DNA from: Candidatus Latescibacterota bacterium
Lineage (GTDB): Bacteria; Latescibacterota; UBA2968; GCA-2709665
Assembly: GCA_965219995.1 (NCBI GenBank)
Contig: CBDCOX010000002.1
Location: 3,040,001 to 3,104,000, forward strand
Length of the DNA stretch: 64,000 bases
Reading direction: 5' to 3'
This document shows, piece by piece, positions 19,332 to 28,826 of this stretch (its first letter is position 1; each line of letters opens with the position of its first letter). A program made the translations under genes and the position numbers. Below the pieces are notes generated by a model. It was given only the letters and a program-made list of their open reading frames with translations, did not search any database and was not told the origin of the DNA.

Positions 19332-20411
19332 GTGCTCTCCATCCGCGTGAAACGGTCGCTACCGGGATTTACCCTTGAAGCGGCGGTGGAATGTCCCTAT
19401 CCGGTCACCGCGATCTTCGGGCCTTCCGGCGCCGGAAAGACCACGCTGCTGGACCTCGTGGCGGGCCTGCACGCACCGGACGACGGCGAGATCCGTCTGA
19501 ACGACCGCGTGCTCTTCTCCTCCGAAACGGGCGTGAATCTGCCGCCCGAACAGCGCCGTGTGGGGTACGTGTTTCAGGAAGACCTGCTGTTTCCACATCT
19601 GACCGTGATGGAAAACCTGCGGTACGGTTACGACCTCCTGCCTCCGGATTCGCGCCGGTTCGAGGTGGGACCGGTTGTGGATCTGATGGGACTGTCCGGC
19701 CTGCTCGACCGGCGTCCGGCGCGTCTGTCGGGCGGCGAACGGCAGCGGGTGGCGCTGGGTCGGGCGATTCTGGCCTCGCCGGAACTGCTCCTGATGGACG
19801 AGCCCCTGGCGTCGCTGGATCAGGAACTGAAAGACCGCATCATCCCGTACCTGCGGCATATCAGGTCGGACCTGGGCATCCCGATTCTCTATGTGAGCCA
19901 TTCGGTCGCCGAGATCCTGGAGTTGACCGGACAGGTGATTGTCCTGAAAGCCGGACGCGTGCTTGCCCACGGGGACTTTTTTCACGTTGTCCATCACCCC
20001 GAGGTGCTGCCGCTGGCCGAGGCGCACGGGTTCGAAAACGTGCTGCCGGTGGAGGTGGTGGCGCAGGACGGGTCTCGAAGAGGCTGCCGCGTGCGTTTCG
20101 GAAGTCAGGAGCTTCGGGTGCCCCCCTGCGACAGGCCCGCGGGAAGCCGGATTTTTATCGGCATTCGTGCAAACGACATCATCCTGAGCAGGAAACAGCC
20201 GGAGGGGTTGAGCATTCGCAATGCGATGCGGGGCCGGATCCTCGACGTGCAGGACGTGGACGGCAAACAACTGGTCTACGTGGACGTGGGAAAACGGCTG
20301 GCCGTGGAGGTGACCCTGGAAGCGCTGGAGGAGTTGGGCCTGGAGGTCGGCGACCCGGTGTTGTGCCTGGTGAAAGCCCACTCGATACGAATCGGCCCGA
20401 ACGTGGATTGA
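19332..20411 (+). CDS. modC: Molybdate ABC transporter ATPase with TOBE domain
   Basis: FGPSGAGKTT, LFPHL, LSGGERQRVA, LSIRN...LVKA. Confidence 0.95.
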   Translation: MLSIRVKRSLPGFTLEAAVECPYPVTAIFGPSGAGKTTLLDLVAGLHAPDDGEIRLNDRVLFSSETGVNLPPEQRRVGYVFQEDLLFPHLTVMENLRYGYDLLPPDSRRFEVGPVVDLMGLSGLLDRRPARLSGGERQRVALGRAILASPELLLMDEPLASLDQELKDRIIPYLRHIRSDLGIPILYVSHSVAEILELTGQVIVLKAGRVLAHGDFFHVVHHPEVLPLAEAHGFENVLPVEVVAQDGSRRGCRVRFGSQELRVPPCDRPAGSRIFIGIRANDIILSRKQPEGLSIRNAMRGRILDVQDVDGKQLVYVDVGKRLAVEVTLEALEELGLEVGDPVLCLVKAHSIRIGPNVD

Positions 20412-20445
20412 AGGAGCCGGGTGACGGGGTCCGATCCGATGCCCT

Positions 20446-21402
20446 TCATCCCTGCCCTGATTCCTCGCCGTCATAGAGCAGCCTGAGAAGGGCAAGGAAG
20501 AGCCGGTCGCGCCGGTTTCGCGCCTGATCGATGGATTCGGGTGTGTATTCGTGGAAACCGCGGCCGGTCTTGACGCCGTAGTGCCCCGCTTCAACCAGTT
20601 TCTCGATGTTGCGAGGAAGTTCGGTGTCGGACCGGATGTCCTGAACGAGGATCCGGTAGACGAGAGCCGAGACGTCGAGACCGCCGAAGTCCCGCACGGT
20701 CAGGGGTCCGATGGCGGCCAGGCGGAATCCGACGCTGGCCCGGACCGCCCGGTCGATATCCTCGGCCTCGGCCACGCCTTTGTCGAGCAGGTCCCAGACT
20801 TCACGCTGCATGGCGACCTGGATGCGGTTGACCAGGAAGCCCGGGAGTTCCTTCTTGAGGGGCACCGGAACCTTGCCGATACGTTCCAGGACGTTTACGG
20901 CGGTCCTTACCGTCGACCCGGTCGTGCGCTCTCCGGGTACGACTTCCACTAGCGGCACCAGATGGGGCGGATTGAACCAGTGGGTAACCACGGCCCGGAC
21001 GGGATGCGAAAGGTCCCGGGAAATGTCGGTCATGGGAAAGGAAGAGGTATTGCTGGCCAGAATGGTCTCCCGCGAGACGACGGCTTCAACGCGGGCGAAG
21101 CATTCCCGCTTGACGTCCAGGTCCTCGCGAATGGCTTCCGTAACAAACCCGGCGGGTTCCACGGCGTCGCGTTCGCTGTTGAACACGGCGATGCGTCCAA
21201 GTGTCTTCGCGACCGTTTCCGGCGTGTCCATCCCCGCCTCAATGCGCTGCCGCAGGTTGGATTCGATCCGGCGGTGCAGAGATTTACGTGCCGTCGGGGA
21301 CTCGTCGTAGCAGCGGACCGGGTGTCCCGCGGCCGCGAATGCCTGCGCGATCCCGTGGCCCATCGTGCCCAGGCCGATGACGGCTATGGTCTGGAATTCC
21401 AT
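20446..21402 (-). CDS. 3-hydroxyacyl-CoA dehydrogenase family protein
   Basis: GLGTMGHGIA, ASNTSS, HWFNPPHLVPLVE, PGFLVNR. Confidence 0.9.
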   Translation of the reverse strand: MEFQTIAVIGLGTMGHGIAQAFAAAGHPVRCYDESPTARKSLHRRIESNLRQRIEAGMDTPETVAKTLGRIAVFNSERDAVEPAGFVTEAIREDLDVKRECFARVEAVVSRETILASNTSSFPMTDISRDLSHPVRAVVTHWFNPPHLVPLVEVVPGERTTGSTVRTAVNVLERIGKVPVPLKKELPGFLVNRIQVAMQREVWDLLDKGVAEAEDIDRAVRASVGFRLAAIGPLTVRDFGGLDVSALVYRILVQDIRSDTELPRNIEKLVEAGHYGVKTGRGFHEYTPESIDQARNRRDRLFLALLRLLYDGEESGQG

Positions 21403-21411
21403 TTCGTTTCG

Positions 21412-22152
21412 CTAGATTGTCTTGCCGCCGTCCACCACCAGGACCTGACCGGTAACCAGTTCGTTGACGACCAGGCCCAGAATCGCATTGGCGATGTCTT
21501 CGGGTTCCGCGACACGCTGGAGGGGCGTGGCTTCACGATTCACGCGAACGAATTCTTCCCAACCCTTTACCCAGCGTGTATTTACGATACCGGGGGCCAC
21601 GGCGTTTGCCCGAATGCGGGGCGCCTGGCTGACGGCCAGGGATTTGGTGAGGGAGATCAGCGCCGCCTTGGAGGCGCAATACGCGATGGAACTGCCCTGC
21701 CCGCAGGTGCCGGCGATCGATGCCACGCTCACGATCTGCCCCCCGGCTTCGGGCATTCTGGCGATCGCCGCCCTGGCGCAGTAGAAAGCCCCCTTCACGT
21801 TGACGTCGAAGACGGGGTCCCAGGCGTCGTCGGTGAGGGCCTCGAGGTCGGCCAGGGGTACGAAGACGGTGGTACCCGCGTTGTTGACCAGGATGTCCAG
21901 GCGGCCCAGCTCCCCGACCACGCGGTCCACCATCTCACGCACGGCGCTCTCGACCGACACGTCGGTGCGGATTGCGATCGAGTTTCGGCCAAGCGCACGG
22001 ATATCGGCGGCCGTGGCTTCGGCTTCCTTCCTGGAACGCGAATAGTTGACGGCCACGTCGGCCCCTTCCGAGGCGAGCAGCAGACAGGTCGCCCTTCCGA
22101 TTCCCGTGCCGCCGCCGGTCACGAGCGCGACCTTTCCGTCCAAACGGCCCAT
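21412..22152 (-). CDS. Short-chain dehydrogenase/reductase
   Basis: TGGGTGIG, NNAG, YCASK. Confidence 0.92.
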   Translation of the reverse strand: MGRLDGKVALVTGGGTGIGRATCLLLASEGADVAVNYSRSRKEAEATAADIRALGRNSIAIRTDVSVESAVREMVDRVVGELGRLDILVNNAGTTVFVPLADLEALTDDAWDPVFDVNVKGAFYCARAAIARMPEAGGQIVSVASIAGTCGQGSSIAYCASKAALISLTKSLAVSQAPRIRANAVAPGIVNTRWVKGWEEFVRVNREATPLQRVAEPEDIANAILGLVVNELVTGQVLVVDGGKTI

Positions 22153-22195
22153 ATAGGATCCTTTCGATTTGGTGTATGGGGAGTGTTCTCAAGAA

Positions 22196-23467
22196 CTACG
22201 AATCTGCAAACGGGATGGCGACGACGTCACGGATGTCTGTTGAGCCGGCAAGAACCATCAGCAAACGATCGACGCCCAGGGCGATCCCGCCTGCCGGCGG
22301 CATACCCGCTTCGAGGGCGCCCAGGAATTGTTCGTCGATCGGATAAGCCGGACGACCGCTGTCCTGTCGCTGCGCCGCTTCATCTACCAGCCGGGCCCTC
22401 TGTTCCGCGGGGTCGTTCAGTTCCGTAAAGGCGTTGGCGAGTTCCACGCCCGAAACATATAGCTCGAACCGCTCCGCGATACCGGGCGCATTCTGTTTCA
22501 ATCTGGCGAGAGCCGCCATCTCCGCGGGGTAATCCACGAGAAAGGTCGGGCGTCCCGCGCCGAGGCGTTTTTCCACGGCATCCAGAAACACCTTGAAATA
22601 GGCGATCTCAAACGCATCGCCGGAAACGACCGACCGGTGGCCCCTCCGGCGCGCTTCGCGAATGAACGCGTCGAGATTTTCCGCGGGATCGGAATTCACG
22701 CCGGCGTACCGTTCAAATGCTTCCCGCACGCTCAGGCGTTCCCACGGGGGGGTGAAGTCGACGGTTCGACCCCGGTACACGATGGATGATTTCCCGGTGA
22801 GTTCACGGACCAGGCCATGAATCAGATTCTCCGTGTCACCCATGATGGCGGTGTAGTCGGCGTAGGCCCGGTACCATTCGAGGAGCGTGAATTCGGGGCT
22901 GTGCATGGGTCCGGGCGGGTCCTGGCGGAACGACTTGCAGATCTGGAAGATGCGTTCGTACCCGGCCGCCAGGAGGCGCTTCATCGCGTATTCGGGTGAG
23001 GTCGGCAGATAATACTGTTTCACGTGCCCGTTGGCGCGGTAGTGGGTTTCGAAGGCGTCCAGATGGGGTTCCATGCCGGGGCTGCGAACGAGCAGCGGCG
23101 TTTCGACTTCCAGGAATCCCGCGTTCTCGAAAAAACGCCGCACGAATGAAAGAACCCGGGCGCGCAACCGCAGGATCCGGGATGCGGGTCCTGATTCGGG
23201 CGGCCGCAGAGCCGGCGCCAGAACCCGGTGGCTTCGGACCCGAAATGCCGGAGGCCGCCAGACGCCCCGTACCTCCACCACGTCTCCCGGCAGAAGATTT
23301 CCCGACGCCTCGAGGGGCGCTTCGCCCGACTCGTCAACCAGCCGCGGATTGTCCGGCCCCGCGCCGGCAACAATCCGGCCGGCCAGAATCGCATCGTCGC
23401 CCGGCGCAAGGTCCGCGACGCGATGGGTACGGGCGCACCCCGGAGGATATGGTTTGGATTCAGACAT
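22196..23467 (-). CDS. epmA: EF-P lysine beta-lysyltransferase EpmA (GenX/PoxA) with N-terminal extension
   Basis: TSPEYAMKRLLAAG, HSPEFTLLEWYR, AERFELY..GVELANAFTEL, PIDEQFL, GIALGVDRL. Start uncertain (23467 or 23539). Confidence 0.88.
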   Translation of the reverse strand: MSESKPYPPGCARTHRVADLAPGDDAILAGRIVAGAGPDNPRLVDESGEAPLEASGNLLPGDVVEVRGVWRPPAFRVRSHRVLAPALRPPESGPASRILRLRARVLSFVRRFFENAGFLEVETPLLVRSPGMEPHLDAFETHYRANGHVKQYYLPTSPEYAMKRLLAAGYERIFQICKSFRQDPPGPMHSPEFTLLEWYRAYADYTAIMGDTENLIHGLVRELTGKSSIVYRGRTVDFTPPWERLSVREAFERYAGVNSDPAENLDAFIREARRRGHRSVVSGDAFEIAYFKVFLDAVEKRLGAGRPTFLVDYPAEMAALARLKQNAPGIAERFELYVSGVELANAFTELNDPAEQRARLVDEAAQRQDSGRPAYPIDEQFLGALEAGMPPAGGIALGVDRLLMVLAGSTDIRDVVAIPFADS

Positions 23468-23701
23468 GCCAATGACCGTGGACCGGTTGGCGCCTGATGG
23501 CGCGGCAAAGATATGGAAAATCTGTGCGGGAACGGACATTCGGAATATAGGTTAACCGGTGTCGGGGAGCAACAGGCATCCGCGCGCGACGGGATTCCAT
23601 ATGGAAAAATCCCTTGCCGACGGTTCTTTTGCGGTCATATATTTCGGGAGTACATTTCTCCAAAGAAGCTTCTGTCGCGATTTCGGGAGGTCCCGACCGT
23701 C

Positions 23702-24283
23702 ATGAAACGCCGAACAGCCACCTGTGCGTTTTTCTGTTCACATGCCTTTATTACATTTACAATGCTCCTGCTTTGCTGCGTTCCGGCGTGGGGCGGCTCT
23801 TTCAAAGCCGGCGCCGGTATCTTCTTCAACAATAATGAACCCGGGGGAGGCGTATCCGTCGACCTGAGCGACGCGGGACTGGGGCTTTCCCCTTTTGCGG
23901 ATTATTTCGGCAACTCCGGGTCGAGCGTCTTCGGCGGCGGGCTCAATATCGTCGCAAAACGCGCCGGGGGCGAGCAGTCGCAACTCTATATCGGCGTGGG
24001 GGGAGGCATCGCCTCAGTGGAGGTCGAAGAATCGTCGGCCGGCATCACCGGTTCGGCGTCAAAAACACAGGCGATGGCAGACTTCGTGCTGGGCATCGAA
24101 TTCGACTTGCACGAAAACGTCGGGGGGTACCTTCAGGTGAAGTGGCTTGGGACCTTCGGCGGAGGCAGAGTAGACATTACGGGTGAGGTTGAGGGAAGGA
24201 CGGTTACGATACCGGACGCGATTGACCTGGAACTCAGAAGTTTCGCCGCCCAGGCCGGCGTATCGATCGGCTTCTGGAAGTGA
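23702..24283 (+). CDS. Small outer-membrane beta-barrel protein 1
   Basis: Signal peptide (PAWG), alternating amphipathic strands, LYIGVGGG, terminal strand AGVSIGF. Confidence 0.7.
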   Translation: MKRRTATCAFFCSHAFITFTMLLLCCVPAWGGSFKAGAGIFFNNNEPGGGVSVDLSDAGLGLSPFADYFGNSGSSVFGGGLNIVAKRAGGEQSQLYIGVGGGIASVEVEESSAGITGSASKTQAMADFVLGIEFDLHENVGGYLQVKWLGTFGGGRVDITGEVEGRTVTIPDAIDLELRSFAAQAGVSIGFWK

Positions 24284-24368
24284 GTGCCAATGCTGGCGGG
24301 CGGAACGCGTTGTCGGTGATGATCTGAAACTGAACTTCCATCCCCGCGAAAAGATTTGGTGATTGGAC

Positions 24369-24407
24369 ACCGCCGGCCTGTCTCCAGAGATGAAGCCGGC
24401 GGTTTTT
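24369..24407 (+). terminator. Putative terminator after beta-barrel gene 1
   Basis: ACCGCCGGC...GCCGGCGGT followed by T-run. Confidence 0.5.
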
Positions 24408-24511
24408 CGGTTGATTTCCAGCCCTGTTTTGGCGATTATTGATGTGGTCAAACCCTTCTTGAATCCTGATTTTCCAGAGCTCGACGCCGCACCAGACCCA
24501 GGGAGGCTTCA

Positions 24512-25117
24512 ATGCACGCGTTAACCCGCGCTCTCTTTGCCATCTGCGTTGCTGCAATGCTCACGACTTCCGCCGCGTGGGCGCAGCACGCGGTCAAGCT
24601 GGGCGCAGGCATACACTTTGACGAAGAAACACCCGGTATCGGACTCGCATACGACATCAACGCCTCGGAAGGGCTGGTCGCGTTTTCACCGTTTATCGAT
24701 TTCTTCACCAAATCCGAAAACACGGTATTCGGGGGCGGGTTGAACCTGGTCGTGAGACGTCCCGTGGGAGAAAAAGGCGTCTTCTATTTCGGGGGCGGTG
24801 GCGGCGTAGGCAGCGTGACTTCCGTGAGGGAATTCGAAATCGAGAGTGAGACCGAGACCACGGCGCCGGCCGATGAGAGGGTGGAAGCATCAAGAACGCA
24901 GGCAATGGTCGATGTGCTGGTCGGCCTGGAATTTGCCACGACCGAGAGAGCATCGGTTTTCCTGCAGGCCAAGTGGATCGGCATGTACAGCGGAGAACCC
25001 GAAGTGTACACGCTTTCCGATGGCCGGGAGGTCGCGCCCGAGCTGGACGTGAAGAGCTTCGCATTCCAGGTTGGCTTGTCGATCAATATCGGCCAGTCAG
25101 AATATGAAGGTTATTGA
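24512..25117 (+). CDS. Small outer-membrane beta-barrel protein 2
   Basis: Signal peptide AWA. Shares SPF.D.F, VFGGGLN, Y.G.GGG, AS.TQAM.D, LQ.KW, SFA.Q.G with protein 1. Confidence 0.75.
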   Translation: MHALTRALFAICVAAMLTTSAAWAQHAVKLGAGIHFDEETPGIGLAYDINASEGLVAFSPFIDFFTKSENTVFGGGLNLVVRRPVGEKGVFYFGGGGGVGSVTSVREFEIESETETTAPADERVEASRTQAMVDVLVGLEFATTERASVFLQAKWIGMYSGEPEVYTLSDGREVAPELDVKSFAFQVGLSINIGQSEYEGY

Positions 25118-25177
25118 TAACACCCGTCGCGCGTGAAATTGCGATGACCGCGGGTGACCGCGCGTATTGGAGGCATA

Positions 25178-25681
25178 ATGAGAATTCGACTGGTAGCTTT
25201 GCTGTCCGGCCTCGCCTTACTGACGGCCGCGCCCGCCGCCGCAAGAGATTTCGCGGTGAATTTCGGGGGCGGCACGCTCTTCGACTCGACTCGGCCTGGC
25301 GGTCATTTTTCGTTCGAGATGTCGCTCAGCGACGAGTATCCCACCCACCTCGCCCCTTTCTGTGAATTTTACGACGATTCGGGCACAAGGATTATCCCGG
25401 TAGGCATTTCGCTGCTTTACAAACCGCCCCTTTCGGAATACGGCGGCACGATATATTTCGGCGCCGGCGGCGGCGCATTGCTTATTCGGGGACAACCCGG
25501 TCCCGGCCTTCCAACGGGAACGGACGGAATGATTACGGTGGCGGGCGGTCTGTCGTTTGGCGTGGGCACCCGCGCGGGCGTCTTCGTGCAGGTGCGCTGG
25601 TTCCGATCGTTCGAGGATCAGACCGCGGAGAACGAAATCGGCGTTCAGGCGGGCTTGCGTTTCTATCTGTCGGAAGGCTGA
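25178..25681 (+). CDS. Small outer-membrane beta-barrel protein 3
   Basis: GGAGG RBS, signal peptide AAA, APF, IYFGAGGG, VFVQVRW, QAGLRF. Confidence 0.72.
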   Translation: MRIRLVALLSGLALLTAAPAAARDFAVNFGGGTLFDSTRPGGHFSFEMSLSDEYPTHLAPFCEFYDDSGTRIIPVGISLLYKPPLSEYGGTIYFGAGGGALLIRGQPGPGLPTGTDGMITVAGGLSFGVGTRAGVFVQVRWFRSFEDQTAENEIGVQAGLRFYLSEG

Positions 25682-25706
25682 TTACAATACAGCAAACGGG
25701 TTCACT

Positions 25707-25746
25707 CAAAAGCGCCGGAATCCCTCTTCAGGGTGCCGGCGCTTTT
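25707..25746. terminator. Bidirectional terminator
   Basis: AAAAGCGCCGG...CCGGCGCTTTT between convergent genes. Confidence 0.7.
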
Positions 25747-25839
25747 CATTTGAACGATCCGGATCGCCATAAACGTGTGGCTGTCCAGGCGCGCTGCCAT
25801 AGACGGCCGGGCGGCAATCGAGCGACCGTCGCGGCGGCG

Positions 25840-27339
25840 TCAACCGCGGTTCCTGAGCAGATCAACCAGTAGACGCACGCCCACGCCCGTGCCTCCCTTG
25901 GGGACGTGCGGCAGGTCTTTTTGCGCCCACGCGGTGCCCGCGATGTCCAGGTGAGCCCATGGAAACTCCTGTACGAAGGCTTCGATGAACGCCGCGCCCG
26001 TGATGGCGCCGCCGGCCCGGCCGCCGGTGTTCTTGATGTCGGCAACGTCGCTCTTCATCTCCTCCCGGTGTCCGTCCAGAATGGGAAGACGCCACGCGAT
26101 CTCGCCCGTTCTTTCTCCCGCGGCGGCAATTTCGGAAGCCAGTGCGTCATCATTGGAGAATAGCCCGCTGGCCTCGTGTCCGAGGGCGATGACGCACGCG
26201 CCGGTAAGCGTTGCCAGATCGATGGCGGCAGACGGTTTGTACGCCGCGGCCCAGGCCACGGCATCGGCCAGGACCAGGCGGCCTTCGGCGTCCGTGGACC
26301 GGATTTCGATGGTTTTTCCGAGCAGGGACCGGATGATGTCGCCCGGCTTGAGCGCGCGGCTGCCGGGCATGTTCTCCGAGGCGGCCACGAGGCCGATCGT
26401 GCGGACCGGCAGGTTCAGCCGCGCCACCGCCTGCATGGCGCCGATGACCGCGGCGGCCCCGCCCATGTCGAATTTCATATCCCACATGCCCTCGGAGCCT
26501 TTGATGGAAATACCGCCGGAGTCGAATGTGATGCCTTTGCCGATAAGCACGACGGGCGCCCCTTCCGGATCCCCGCCGTCGTGTTCGAGAACGACGAATC
26601 TGGGGGGTTGCGCGCTGCCCTGCGCCACCGCCTGGATGGTGCGCATCCCTTCCCCCTCGATCCTCTCTTCGTCGAAAACCTCGCAACGGAGGCCTGTTTC
26701 GCGGGCCATCGTTTCCGCGTGATCGGCAAGTATGGCGGGCGTCATTTCGTTTCCCGGATGACTGCCGAGGTCGCGGGCAAGACAGACGGCTTCGGAAATG
26801 ATTCGCCCGGTCTCCGCCCCCGTTTCAATGTCAGCCCCTTTTTCCGCCTGGAATTCGACCAGCGTGAGACTTTCGAGTTCACCGGTTTCGTCTTCGTCTC
26901 GGCTCTTGTACGGTGTGAATCGATAGGTGCCCAGAATGGCGCCTTCGACAATGGCCTGGGCGGCCTCGGAAGCGTCCATCCCGCCAACCCCGGCCCCGTG
27001 AATGATCGAAGCCAGGTGTCCCGCGCCCAGGCTTTGCGCACGCTGCGACGCGACCGCGGAGACCTGCCGGACCCGGTCGAGGGTGAAGTCCTCACTCTTG
27101 CCCAGACCCACGAGAATCACACGCCTCGCAGCGATGCCGTCTTGTGGATAAAGGACGGCGGCCTGCTTGAACTTGCCGGTGAAGTCCCCACCGGAAATCA
27201 GATGCCGGATCTGGCCGTTCATGGCCCTGTCCGCGGCGCCCGTGGCGCCACCGGGCACGGTGACGCCCTCGAAAAGATTCACCACAATGGCATCCGCCTC
27301 GTACGCCGCGATGTTATCAATCGCAACCGATATGTTCAC
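25840..27339 (-). CDS. pepA: Leucyl aminopeptidase (M17)
   Basis: GKGITFDSGG, MKFDMGGAA, TDAEGRL, DLATLTGA, WAHLDIAG. Confidence 0.96.
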   Translation of the reverse strand: MNISVAIDNIAAYEADAIVVNLFEGVTVPGGATGAADRAMNGQIRHLISGGDFTGKFKQAAVLYPQDGIAARRVILVGLGKSEDFTLDRVRQVSAVASQRAQSLGAGHLASIIHGAGVGGMDASEAAQAIVEGAILGTYRFTPYKSRDEDETGELESLTLVEFQAEKGADIETGAETGRIISEAVCLARDLGSHPGNEMTPAILADHAETMARETGLRCEVFDEERIEGEGMRTIQAVAQGSAQPPRFVVLEHDGGDPEGAPVVLIGKGITFDSGGISIKGSEGMWDMKFDMGGAAAVIGAMQAVARLNLPVRTIGLVAASENMPGSRALKPGDIIRSLLGKTIEIRSTDAEGRLVLADAVAWAAAYKPSAAIDLATLTGACVIALGHEASGLFSNDDALASEIAAAGERTGEIAWRLPILDGHREEMKSDVADIKNTGGRAGGAITGAAFIEAFVQEFPWAHLDIAGTAWAQKDLPHVPKGGTGVGVRLLVDLLRNRG

Positions 27340-27366
27340 AAAACCTCCCTTGGCCCCTTTAATTCA

Positions 27367-27849
27367 TAAAACGGAACTTACATGGATAGACAGGATGGGC
27401 AGGATAAAAACCAAAAAGCGCGAGAAAACCAGAAGGCACGACAAATGCACGAGAAAACGAGTAACGGCGGTGAACCAAACCATCATAGACCGCACGTCAT
27501 CACGCCGGCCACCGAGATCACTGAACATTCGCGGTTTTCCTTTGTCATACACTGAATTTTCAAAGAAAACGAACCGTTTTCGTGAATCTTTCACCATAGC
27601 CTGGATAACTCACTAAACATGAACTTACATGGATGGACAGGATGAACAGGATAAAGACCAAGAGCAGGACAAATGCTCATGATTCCGGGCCAAACCGATG
27701 GATCCTTACCTCCGTGGGCAACGAAACATCACCCTGACCAATCAATTTCGTAGTTCATGAAATACTGTCGCAAAAACTTCGCTGAATTTATTGAAAAACA
27801 ACCCGTTATACATCAAAACCATGGGATTTCGTGAATAATCCACCATAGA
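27367..27849 (+). repeat. Diverged tandem duplication of about 240 bp headed by GGA-rich motifs
   Basis: Both units start GAACTTACATGGAT.GACAGGATG..CAGGATAAA.ACCA (27374, 27621) and end TTTCGTGAAT....CACCATAG. Confidence 0.7.
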
Positions 27850-27888
27850 AGCTGTTTTGAAATCCCGGCGGTGACGGCATAACGGGAA

Positions 27889-28527
27889 CTACCATCCGCC
27901 CGAACGTCCCGCAAAGAAAGGATTGGTCGATTTCTCAGCCCCCACGGTGGTGAAGGGGCCATGGCCGGGATAGACCCTCGTCTCGTCGTCCAGAATCAGG
28001 ATCTTCTCCCGTATCGACCGGAGCAGAACGTCCGCGTCGCTGCCCGGCAGGTCGGTGCGGCCGATCGAGCCGGCGAACAGGGTATCGCCCACGATCGCGT
28101 GGCCCGGCCATTTGAGGGTGATATTGCCGGGTGCGTGCCCCGGCGTGTGGACAATCGCAAAGGTTTCTTCACCCATCCTGACAACGTCGCCTTCTTCGAG
28201 AAACCGGTCGATGCGCGGCGGCGGCTCCGCGTCCATGCCGACGGATCCGGCGATTTCGACCAGGTTTTCGACCCTGAGACGGTCGGCCGGATGGACCGCG
28301 AAGGGGGCGCCGGTTTCGCGGACGGCGGAGGACGCGTGTGCGATGTGGTCGTAATGCCCGTGGGTGGCGATGACTTCCACGATTCGGATGTCGTCTTCCC
28401 GGACGAGTCCCATGACGTCCGGGATGTTGTCGCCCGGATCCACGATGATGCCTTCGAGGGTCTTTTCGCAGGCCAGGACGTAGCAGTTCACCTGCAGGGG
28501 TCCGACGACGATCGATTTGAAAATCAA
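27889..28527 (-). CDS. MBL-fold metallo-hydrolase (glyoxalase II/YcbL-like)
   Basis: TTG start, VNCY, THGHYDH, HTPGH, GDTLF..SIGRTD, PGHG. Confidence 0.92.
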   Translation of the reverse strand: MIFKSIVVGPLQVNCYVLACEKTLEGIIVDPGDNIPDVMGLVREDDIRIVEVIATHGHYDHIAHASSAVRETGAPFAVHPADRLRVENLVEIAGSVGMDAEPPPRIDRFLEEGDVVRMGEETFAIVHTPGHAPGNITLKWPGHAIVGDTLFAGSIGRTDLPGSDADVLLRSIREKILILDDETRVYPGHGPFTTVGAEKSTNPFFAGRSGGW

Positions 28528-28593
28528 GAAATACCCCTTCTTGGAAGGATGATCTTCGAGACTCCCTATATCGTCCTGACAGGTTGCCAGAAA

Positions 28594-28820
28594 GCGGTGA
28601 GACGTGAGACGGGAGACGGGAGATGACATCGTTGCTCGATCGGTTCTTCCTTTTTGCCTCCGGCAAGAGATGAAACCACAAAGGGCAACAAAACCCGTGA
28701 GACGCAAGACGGTAGACGGTAGATGACGTCCTTGCCCGACTGATTCTCGCTTAATGCCTCCGGCAAGAAGTGAAACTACACGGGGCAGACAATCTCTCAC
28801 GTCTCACGTCTCCCCTCTCC
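28594..28820 (+). repeat. Modular heptamer-bounded repeat, locus 1 (A-A')
   Basis: (GACGGGA/GACGGTA)n runs, two module-A copies 100 bp apart, closing inverted (GTCTCAC)n run. Confidence 0.9.
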
Positions 28821-28826
28821 CTGCTT

